The notes under the pieces were generated by a model that was not told where the DNA came from, searched no databases, and worked only from the letters and a program-made list of their open reading frames with translations. Shown piece by piece: positions 24,181 to 32,900 of a stretch of DNA of 64,000 nucleotides. Source of the stretch: an uncultured Candidatus Izemoplasmatales bacterium. GTDB lineage: Bacteria > Bacillota_I > Bacilli_A > Izemoplasmatales > Hujiaoplasmataceae. Every line of letters begins with the position of its first letter. The stretch's first letter is position 1. The DNA lies in contig CAZMMT010000001.1 in assembly GCA_964567465.1 (NCBI GenBank), positions 27,794 to 91,793 of the forward strand, given 5' to 3'. The translations under genes and the position numbers were made by a program.

Positions 24181-25353
24181 CTATCCTCCGAAAATTGAAT
24201 AGTTTTGTTTGTTATTTCTAATCGCTTCTTCTAAAGCTTTATTACTTAAGCTTATAAACTCTGTGATTTCAATTGATTGCCACGGATCATTCTTAATTAT
24301 TCCGATATTTGGATAAACAATTTGGACTATCCCACCAACATTAATTCTAACGTTAATTAAATCGCCACCACTGACCAAAGCTCTATGAAGATTAGCATAT
24401 CTTTGTTCATCTTCAATTATTACTGCAAATTGAATTCCCGTAACCCTAAAAACTGTATAATTATCCTTCGCAAAATGAAACTTCATTTGCTTAATATATT
24501 CAGCTATCATTAAATTTCCAACGTCTCTACCAAAACGTTTGTTAATATCGGGAATATTAGTTAGATGCATCATTGCTAAATAGAATGGTTTTCTTTCTTT
24601 TCTCAAGTATGAAATTTGATTTGTCAAATCATCTTCACCCGGCAAACCATCTACTAACTGAAGTGATGTTTCTGGAAATAACTTTATATCTAACTTCTTA
24701 ATAACAGATATTAAGTAGTCTAATTTATCATGACTAAAGATTTTTAATTTTTCTTCAACCCAAGTGTATGTATCACCTATTTTGAGACGATACTTGTGTA
24801 AAAACTCAGGTATCTTCTTACTGACTTTTTTCAAGTTTATAATGTATGAGGCTTTATCCTCTGGATGTAAGTAACTACTATACTCCTCTAGTGTCATTTG
24901 CGGTTTATCTGCATTAATTATTTTTAAAACTTCATCAGTCATAAACAAACCATTTCGGTCATCATCATAAAAAATTAAGCCATCATTTAGCAGTCCAATT
25001 GTATGAATAAATCTCTTTCTTAAAAGTTCTGATGAATCCCTTGTATTATTTAATTCTTTTTCTAATTCAAAAAAATCATAATCAGTTAAGTTCTGAGTGA
25101 TCTTAATCTTATTTTTAAAACTAATGGCCAAAACAATAACAATTAAATATAAGTAATAATGAAGATATTCTTTTATATTTATATCCTCTAAGAAAACTAG
25201 AAGATCTGGAAAGAACTCAATTATAACAAATAAAATCAAGGAAAATATAACTAAAACCAATTTCCAGATACGAAGTTTTTTATATAAAATTGTACTGAAT
25301 ACAAATAGCAAGACAATTATTAAAATCGAGCCATAATATAGATAATCATTCAT
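24181..25353 (-). CDS. Membrane protein with about 3 TM helices, a PAS-like domain and a degenerate GGDEF domain
   Basis: 390 aa. A hydrophobic N-terminus is followed by a PAS-like stretch (LNDGLIFYDDDRNGLFMTDEVL...YLHPEDK...) and a GGDEF-like alignment. In that alignment the signature reads RVTGIQFAV where R.GGDEF is expected, and the upstream acidic and GH/GD positions are also changed. Confidence 0.6.
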   Translation of the reverse strand: MNDYLYYGSILIIVLLFVFSTILYKKLRIWKLVLVIFSLILFVIIEFFPDLLVFLEDINIKEYLHYYLYLIVIVLAISFKNKIKITQNLTDYDFFELEKELNNTRDSSELLRKRFIHTIGLLNDGLIFYDDDRNGLFMTDEVLKIINADKPQMTLEEYSSYLHPEDKASYIINLKKVSKKIPEFLHKYRLKIGDTYTWVEEKLKIFSHDKLDYLISVIKKLDIKLFPETSLQLVDGLPGEDDLTNQISYLRKERKPFYLAMMHLTNIPDINKRFGRDVGNLMIAEYIKQMKFHFAKDNYTVFRVTGIQFAVIIEDEQRYANLHRALVSGGDLINVRINVGGIVQIVYPNIGIIKNDPWQSIEITEFISLSNKALEEAIRNNKQNYSIFGG

Positions 25354-25365
25354 AATTTTCTCCTA

Positions 25366-27708
25366 TTATTTCTTAATGCTAGTTCTAACATAGATAATTG
25401 GATAGAAATACGTTAATAATATTCCAAAGAATAAGAAGCTATAAAACATTGTTACATAACTGTTCCCAACTAAGTAAGTTCCTCCTAGAATAACTAAGAA
25501 GATGAACCCCCAGATAAAAGTTAATCCATTTGTGATTATTCTAAACAATTTGGTATTTCGATAATCTGATTTCATGTCGTATCGATGATAAAGATAAACA
25601 ATAGGTTGATTAATTATCACCGAGGTTAAAAATACCAAAATAATAAATCCTAGAAAAATATCATCTGAATAAAAGTTATTAAATTTTGATATAACTATAG
25701 ATAAGATTGAAAAGATAAGGAGACCCGAATTCAATACAATTTCAAACCAACTTATGTGCTCATAAGTTTGATATTTTATGATGCTTACTATAATGCTTAG
25801 ACAAAAAGCTACTGGAAAAATATAAACATTGGGATAATAATTACTTAATAACGAAGCGATTGAATAGATAAATACATGCATAAAGAATAATTTTACTCCA
25901 AAATACTTATACTTTGATGTCAAATACTCCTCTTGAACAAACTCTTGATAATCATCGAGTTTAAATGCATCTACAGCTTTATAAAGCAGTTCTAAATCTC
26001 CGCGATATTTCAATGAACCTGATTCCAATACTGATTTAAAACTTGATTTTTTAAGCAATAAATCACTTAATTTGTCATTTGTTGTATAAATAGAAAGGTC
26101 TGAATTATTATATCTTCCATGGTGAACTATTATGTTCTTTCCTTTAGTTCTAATATAATAATTACTTTTCCCGATGTGAAAGTTAATATGTATTTCTTTA
26201 GTACCTAGCTTTTGGTAATCATAATTATGTCTTATCATCATCATGATTTCATCATTAGAGAAATACTCAAAATCATCGGTATTATCTCCATAATAGAGTT
26301 TATCTTCAATCTTATCTGCATAAATGATGCTTTGGTTAATCGCTCCAAAAAATCCTGCTTCCGGACGAATAAATTCTCCACCTATGAATAAATTTTCAAA
26401 TACTTGGATATGTTCAAAAATTTCAACATTAATCATTTCATTTATTGATAAGTTTCTTCTTAGTTTGGAATCTCTAAGCATCGACAAATATTTAAATGAT
26501 TTCCCGATTTTCAAATCGCCAATGAATTTTCTAAGTTTAGGAAGATAAATGTCAACTAACTTCAATAAGTCTTCCTTGCTAGGAACAACTTCTCCGACAT
26601 AAGTAAAATCAATACATAATAAACCTTCTTTTTTACGCATATCTTGATTTATAGCTTTGCTATAATTATACATCCTCAATAGTTTTAATGGGTTTAAATT
26701 ATCATTCTTGAAATAATATATCAAATCTTCAATACCAATATCGGTAAGCTTTGTGTTTAAAGCTAAATATAATGTAGAAATTTTCTGATCACTATTGATG
26801 TTTGGATAATACAAATTCAATAGTTCCAGATCTTTACTTGATATATCAAAATATTTTTCATAAAAATCAATCGGATTTCCGCTGGCGAAAAAATATTTTG
26901 CATAAATCAAGTTATTTTCCGTATCAATAATACATTCAATCTTTTTATCTTTTACAACAAACTCTTTAACCGAAGTTGATAAAAATGCTTTTGGATTAAC
27001 TAAAGTAATCTTTTCAATAGCTTTTAAGCAAATGTCTTTATAAGAATTATTTAGTAGATAAAAACCTGATTCTAATCCTAAAAAGTAGTTAGAAAAAAAA
27101 CTATAGGCATTTACTTGCTCTATCGGTAATCCACTTATAAAGTTGTTGTATGTAAATTCTTTAATTAGTTCATCGCTAGAAAAATATTTAACTAAAAGTT
27201 CCTCTAAAGAATAGTCTCCCCATTCAATCATCAAAGAGGATAGAGTATAATCCGTATTAATTAGCATATTTAAGAATTGTTCTTTATAATTTATATAATG
27301 TTTTTTCAAAATCTCGAAAAAGTTATCTATTTCTTTGATATTTTTAGGATAATGTCTTACGAGATATATTCTAAAACCTTCTAATGAACTAAGTTGCTTA
27401 TGAAAATCACTATTTTGATTTATCAATGTATTTTCATCAATTTTTTCATAAGAAAGCGACTTAACTAAACCTAAATTATCTAAATATGCATATAAAAGCC
27501 CTGATTCATCTAAACCAGAAACGATATTGTTGCGATTGTAAGCGAGATTAAATTTTTTATCCGCAAAAGATAAACGAACCTTTTCAAAGTCACTACTCTG
27601 ATGAGAATCTTGAAGTACTAAAACCTTTCTCATCTTCCTCGATAAAAACAAAGCGACGGTAAGAGCATATAAATCTTCACCAACTACTACTAAATCGTAT
27701 ATTTTCAA
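25366..27708 (-). CDS. Multidomain membrane protein with a CrtI/amine-oxidase-like domain carrying a degenerate dinucleotide motif, an SCP2-like domain and a polytopic TM tail
   Basis: 780 aa, with a TTG start at 27708 and the RBS GGGGGTGA. The N-terminus reads DLVVVGEDLYALTVALFL...VLVLQD. A CrtI-like C-terminal motif, FIGGEFIRPEAGFFGAINQS, follows. An SCP2-like segment reads DLSIYTTNDKLSDLLLKKSSFKSVLESGSLKYRGDLELLYKAVDAF. About 5-6 hydrophobic helices complete the protein. Confidence 0.55.
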   Translation of the reverse strand: MKIYDLVVVGEDLYALTVALFLSRKMRKVLVLQDSHQSSDFEKVRLSFADKKFNLAYNRNNIVSGLDESGLLYAYLDNLGLVKSLSYEKIDENTLINQNSDFHKQLSSLEGFRIYLVRHYPKNIKEIDNFFEILKKHYINYKEQFLNMLINTDYTLSSLMIEWGDYSLEELLVKYFSSDELIKEFTYNNFISGLPIEQVNAYSFFSNYFLGLESGFYLLNNSYKDICLKAIEKITLVNPKAFLSTSVKEFVVKDKKIECIIDTENNLIYAKYFFASGNPIDFYEKYFDISSKDLELLNLYYPNINSDQKISTLYLALNTKLTDIGIEDLIYYFKNDNLNPLKLLRMYNYSKAINQDMRKKEGLLCIDFTYVGEVVPSKEDLLKLVDIYLPKLRKFIGDLKIGKSFKYLSMLRDSKLRRNLSINEMINVEIFEHIQVFENLFIGGEFIRPEAGFFGAINQSIIYADKIEDKLYYGDNTDDFEYFSNDEIMMMIRHNYDYQKLGTKEIHINFHIGKSNYYIRTKGKNIIVHHGRYNNSDLSIYTTNDKLSDLLLKKSSFKSVLESGSLKYRGDLELLYKAVDAFKLDDYQEFVQEEYLTSKYKYFGVKLFFMHVFIYSIASLLSNYYPNVYIFPVAFCLSIIVSIIKYQTYEHISWFEIVLNSGLLIFSILSIVISKFNNFYSDDIFLGFIILVFLTSVIINQPIVYLYHRYDMKSDYRNTKLFRIITNGLTFIWGFIFLVILGGTYLVGNSYVTMFYSFLFFGILLTYFYPIIYVRTSIKK

Positions 27709-27735
27709 GTTCTCACCCCCTTAATATCAAATCAA

Positions 27736-27744
27736 ATTATAACA
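27736..27744 (-). promoter_or_regulatory. Extended -10 element for the 780-aa gene operon
   Basis: The reverse complement reads TGTTATAAT, 27 nt upstream of the TTG start at 27708 and just downstream of the cdaA terminator. Confidence 0.5.
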
Positions 27745-27770
27745 TAAACAAGGTAATATTTCTATTAGCC

Positions 27771-27797
27771 AAAAAAATAAAGCGCTAAAAGCGCTCT
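27771..27797 (-). terminator. Rho-independent terminator of cdaA
   Basis: AGCGCT-aaa-AGCGCT hairpin (27781-27795), with an A-run at 27771-27777 on the plus strand giving a U-tail on the minus strand. It overlaps the cdaA stop codon. Confidence 0.7.
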
Positions 27798-28539
27798 ATT
27801 CCATTTTTAAAAATTTTTCAAAGTAGAGATTCAATGTTTCTCTACTAATATTGTACTCAATTTCCTTATTGACAGTAATACTTACATGTCCTGTTTCTTC
27901 AGAAACAACAATTGTAAAAGCATCACTTTGTTCACTAATACCTATTGCGGCTCTATGTCTAGTTCCAAAGTGCATAGGTAAGTCAGTTCTCTTTGTTGAA
28001 GGATAATATGCTTTTGCACAAAGAATTTTATCGCCTCTAATAATAACAGCTCCATCATGTAAAGGTGCATTAGGAATAAAAATCGAAGTTAGCAATTCTT
28101 TAGAAACATCCGCGTTAAGCATTAAAGCTTTGTTAACGATTTTTGATAAATCTACATTTCTTTCAACTGTTATCAATGCGCCAATTTGATTTTTAGATAA
28201 AAATTCCACGGCTTGATATAAATGATCAGCTAAATCATTATTAACAAAATAAGCTTTATCTCTCGACGACTTTATTCCTGTTTTTTTAGCAAACTTATAG
28301 ATATCTTCAGTAAATATCATAAAAATCAAATAAATTACCGGTAAATAAACAACTATTCTTAGCCAAAGAGGTAGATTTACTACTTCTTCTGTAATCAAAA
28401 AGTACAAACTTGCAAGCGATAAAACCAAGAAAATAATCTTGGTAATTCCAGCTTTAATGTATGTAACTTTTGATTCCAACTGCAAAACAAACACTGCATA
28501 CAAATATGTAATTATTACCAATAATTCAAAAATACTCAT
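27796..28539 (-). CDS. cdaA: Diadenylate cyclase (c-di-AMP synthase), membrane-anchored CdaA type
   Basis: 247 aa. Three N-terminal TM helices precede a DAC domain with the motifs DGAVIIRGDKI and GTRHRAA. Confidence 0.9.
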   Translation of the reverse strand: MSIFELLVIITYLYAVFVLQLESKVTYIKAGITKIIFLVLSLASLYFLITEEVVNLPLWLRIVVYLPVIYLIFMIFTEDIYKFAKKTGIKSSRDKAYFVNNDLADHLYQAVEFLSKNQIGALITVERNVDLSKIVNKALMLNADVSKELLTSIFIPNAPLHDGAVIIRGDKILCAKAYYPSTKRTDLPMHFGTRHRAAIGISEQSDAFTIVVSEETGHVSITVNKEIEYNISRETLNLYFEKFLKME

Positions 28540-28588
28540 AATATTACCTCTATCTCAATTATAAACTATATTCTTTATGAAATAAATA

Positions 28589-29053
28589 CTATTTTGCAAC
28601 ATCTGTCTTCTTGAAAACGATATCTAATGCAAAATATGCTATCGGTATTAAAAGTGCTGATGCAAAGAAAGGTGCTATTGATTTAGCAATAGGGTAAACT
28701 GCATAATCAATTCCAATCCAATTAATAACAATAAAATCAAATAATTCAGCTAATAAACTACTTACCAATAATCTAGATAAGAATACTAAAATGACAATTG
28801 AAAATTGCATAGTATTCTTGTTTTTTGGTTTAAAGGTAAAATATGCGTTTGCAAAATAAGAAAAAATTGAAGCCCCAATAAAAGCAATTGAGTTTGAGAA
28901 AAATGCACCGCCAATAAATCCTGTTGTATTCTCATTATAAATTAAAGAGTAAATCAATAGGTGAATAAACGTATTTAATATTCCAATAATTCCAAAAGTT
29001 AAAAATTTCTTAGTCAAAAAATGCTTTTTAACAAATAACCATATCTTATTCAA
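28589..29053 (-). CDS. GtrA-family membrane protein, a putative polyprenol-phosphate-sugar flippase
   Basis: 154 aa with 4 TM helices and an N-terminus KFLTFGIIGILNTFIHLLIY typical of the GtrA family. It overlaps the upstream GT2 gene by 8 nt. Confidence 0.75.
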   Translation of the reverse strand: MNKIWLFVKKHFLTKKFLTFGIIGILNTFIHLLIYSLIYNENTTGFIGGAFFSNSIAFIGASIFSYFANAYFTFKPKNKNTMQFSIVILVFLSRLLVSSLLAELFDFIVINWIGIDYAVYPIAKSIAPFFASALLIPIAYFALDIVFKKTDVAK

Positions 29054-29972
29054 ATGTTATATCCTCCGATGTTTCTTCCACCAAGTAAATAGGTCGATTG
29101 AGGATTTGCTTACGATTAGAGTAGAGCAAATATATCACCACGTATGAAAAAATGCTTAGAACTATAAATAATAACGACATATGAAGACTTAAAATCATAC
29201 TTGTTAAATCTATTACATTAGTGAAATACAAAACTAAATCTGCAGCCACTAACAACAATCCCATAAAGAAGAATATTACTGGCAAAACTAATAGAATCGT
29301 TGAAAATTGATTCATTCCGTTAAAAGCGTATTTAACTAGAGATTTAAAACTCCATGAACTTTTTCCATGTTGTCTTGGGATAAAATCATATTCTATACAT
29401 TTTCGTGGATATCCTACCCAAGAGAAAATACCTTTAATAAAACGATAATTATCTTTAATTTTCAAAAATGCATCAACAACTATCTTGTCCATCAATTGAT
29501 AATCTTTTGCGCCATTGTCTAAAGGTTTTTCGGTATAAGCATTATAGATTTTATAAAATATATTCGCAAAAAATGTTCTTAATTTCGGTTCGCCTTTTCT
29601 AGATTTGCTTCTAGTATAAACAATTTTGTATCCTTCTCTATAATGTTTAACCATTTCCGTAATTAATTGTGGCGGTTGTTGCAAATCACAATCAATAATA
29701 ATTATAAAATCTTTATCCCTTGAACTTTCTAATCCGGCATGCATTGCTGCTTCCTTACCAAAATTTCTTGACAAAGATATATATTTTACCATTTTATCTT
29801 TTTTATTAAGCTTTATGATTTCTTCTAAAGTTTTATCTTTTGATCCATCATTGATAAACAAGATATCAAATTCGATATCATCGTATTTAAGATATTTTGT
29901 TGCTTCTTCATAAAATAACGCAATATTCTCTTGCTCATTATATGCAGGAACAATTAATCTTGCTTTTTTCAT
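29046..29972 (-). CDS. Family 2 glycosyltransferase, polyprenol-phosphate glycosyltransferase type (CsbB/GtrB-like)
   Basis: LIVPAYNEQENI, FINDGSKD and DCDLQ motifs are followed by two C-terminal TM helices. The ATG at 29972 has the RBS GAGGA and lies 4 nt after the yfhO TGA. It is preferred over the track's start at 30002. Confidence 0.8.
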   Translation of the reverse strand: MKKARLIVPAYNEQENIALFYEEATKYLKYDDIEFDILFINDGSKDKTLEEIIKLNKKDKMVKYISLSRNFGKEAAMHAGLESSRDKDFIIIIDCDLQQPPQLITEMVKHYREGYKIVYTRSKSRKGEPKLRTFFANIFYKIYNAYTEKPLDNGAKDYQLMDKIVVDAFLKIKDNYRFIKGIFSWVGYPRKCIEYDFIPRQHGKSSWSFKSLVKYAFNGMNQFSTILLVLPVIFFFMGLLLVAADLVLYFTNVIDLTSMILSLHMSLLFIVLSIFSYVVIYLLYSNRKQILNRPIYLVEETSEDITFE

Positions 29973-29976
29973 ATAA

Positions 29977-32900
29977 TCATCCTCTTTTTTTCTTATTAAC
30001 AATTAATGGCGTTATAAAAATCAAACCATAGATTGCCAAAGATCCTAAACTAATATACAAGCCTAAGTCCATGTATTTTGGCGAAAATTTCATAGTTATC
30101 TCTACTTGAGAAGTGCCTTTAGGAATAACTATTCCAAGAAAACCTCCGCTTACACTAATTGTATCATATACTTGGTCTGATGTGAATTGCCAATCTTCAG
30201 AATAAGCAACTGGTATAACTACTATTTGGTCTTTTTCTGAACTTATTAAATTATTGTACTTCAAATCAATTTTTGCATTGTTAATGCTTAGATATTTGTT
30301 ATCAATATTATTTTCTATAAGCATATCATCTAAATCTTCATAAGTTTCTGCAATATATCTTAATCTTAAATTATAGAGATCATAATAACTATACATACCT
30401 GAAGTTTTAAAAATATAAAGTTTATCTGGTTTAGTCTCATAATGATAGTACCCATCTAAAACTTCATATCTGTCACCAAACTCATCGACAATAAATACTT
30501 TTTCAAACGGTTTTTCAATACCCATATCAAAAACTAAAAATCCTTTTTCACTAGGTAAATCAAGTTGAGAAAGATCATAGGTTAAATATGCAGCAAACTC
30601 AAGAGCTCTTTCATTTCTCATTTTGAACACCGGAGCTGTTGTTAAATTTTCATTTTTTTCAACAAATATTTTTACCGGTCTTTTCCAAAATTCACATTTA
30701 ATATGATAAGGTGACTTTATTTCATTTTCACCGACTCCAAAACTATATACACTACAAGCTTGTCTAGTCCCGTCACTAAACTCCATAAAAACTTGGCTTA
30801 AATTCGAAACTAAATCATTGTTATCAAAGAACTTAATATATGCAGCTCCAACAGTAAAGTTGATGTCTATCGTTTCTTCATCGTATAGGTAAAATTCTCT
30901 TTCTATCTCATCATTAAATCCCGTTGTCATAACGGTTGTACCGCTTATTACTGTATAAGAAGAAATTGATTGCATATTAGTCGAACTAAAATCATCTAAG
31001 TAATTTAAGTCATATTGACTCATGTCATATTCTTTTTCAGTATCTATAATCGCTGACATAAGAAACGCTTTTTGTCTGACTAAAGCAGAATTTATATCTT
31101 GCAAACTGTTATTTACTTCCATATCAATATCATCGGAATAAAAATAAGTATCGAAAACTTTAAAACTTGATGCGTAATTCATTTCATACAATTTATATTT
31201 TTCATTTTCAGCAACTATACTGAAATAATCCTCTTCAAAATCAAATTCATATGTAGCGTCAACTAGAACATACTTATAGCCTAAAAAATGATTTATGTAA
31301 AAACCAAAATAATTCATTCTACTCTTTGACTGATATTCATTTGAGTTAAAAATCATTTTTCCAATACCGTTTGTTTCCGAATCTGTCCAAGAATGGAAGA
31401 TATAAGTATTGGTTGGAAAAACGGTCATTCGATTGAAATTGGTTTTATCTAAGCCGATTCTACTTAAATCTATATATACGCGATAGAATTCTTCTTGATC
31501 TAAATTAGCTTCTAAAAATTCATTAACATCATGGCTTCTTTCAAAAACATCTATCTTATCCCTAATAGAAAAAGGACCAGAATAGATATATCCTAATGCA
31601 ACTATAACTTCAATCCATACAAACCACTTAATTACTGTAAATTTCTTAAGCCATCCAAAAACAATAATAATTACAAGATAAACTATCGATACTCCAATCA
31701 TTACAGTATCTGCGGTTAATGTTTCTCTTCCCGCATATCTAATATTAATATCTAATTTTTGAATATAATAATAAACTAAGAAACTTGACAATAAGATTAG
31801 TAAAGATGCAACTATTGTCATTTGTTTCATTTTTATTTTTTCGAAACCGTAGTGATCAAATACGTGTGCTAAAGCTAAAACTTCAATCAGCGGTAAAAGG
31901 TTAATCCATCTAGTATAAGGTTTATCAAGTGTCCCTGAAAAAACATATGAAAAAAGTGGAAAGAACATAAATACTAGTGCAATTAGAAAACTCACTTTAT
32001 AAACTCTACTAATCTTATCCTTCATGAAGAAAATTAAACTCATGTAGGCAAACCCAATTATTGTTATATATAGTGATGCATGTTCTAGGCCGTAATCATT
32101 TTCAAAACCATAGAATCCAATTGGTTTTTGTTCCGCAACTAATTTTGCTAAGTATCTAATGTATATTTCTGGTCGGAATAATTTCAACTCATAAGAACCA
32201 ATGTTTATAATCCAAGCATTGAAAGTTGCGGTGCTACGATAAGTTTCTTCTAAAATAAAATTGATTGATGGCAATAAAATCACAGCTGCCATTCCTACTC
32301 CTAGAAGTAATAAGCCAAGGAAAATAACTCCTTTTTTCATAAAATCAAAAACATTAAATTTATAGCGTTTGAAATACTCTAAAATAAAGGCGAATGATGT
32401 AAATGCCAAAATCATATACCCCAAATAGAAATTATAAAAAATGATTATAAGCGCGAAAAGAGGTAGTATCCATCTCTTCTTGTTAAAGAAGTAGTGAATA
32501 ACTATTAATGATAGCGGAAGATAAAAGGCCATTGAAAGGAATGCTGGAAAAGCCATAAAACTTACCATGCCACCACTAACAAAATAGAAAATACTAGCCC
32601 AAAAAATTGTTCTATTCTTTCTTCCTTCAAGATGTAAGAAGTATGCTAACGCCATTACCCCAGCGAATATCTTGAATAACTCCATGATAGAATATGCTAT
32701 CTCAACATTCATTACATAACTAAGTATAAAGGTTAAAAATGTAAATATATCTAATGGAATATAATAGATATCTGAGAAGAACGATGCTCCAAGATAATTA
32801 TTTAAATTAAATAATGATAAAGAACCTCCTTTTACAGAAGCTATGAAATCATTCATTATTGTATAATATTGCAAAATATCGTCAGAAAAATTGTTATAAA

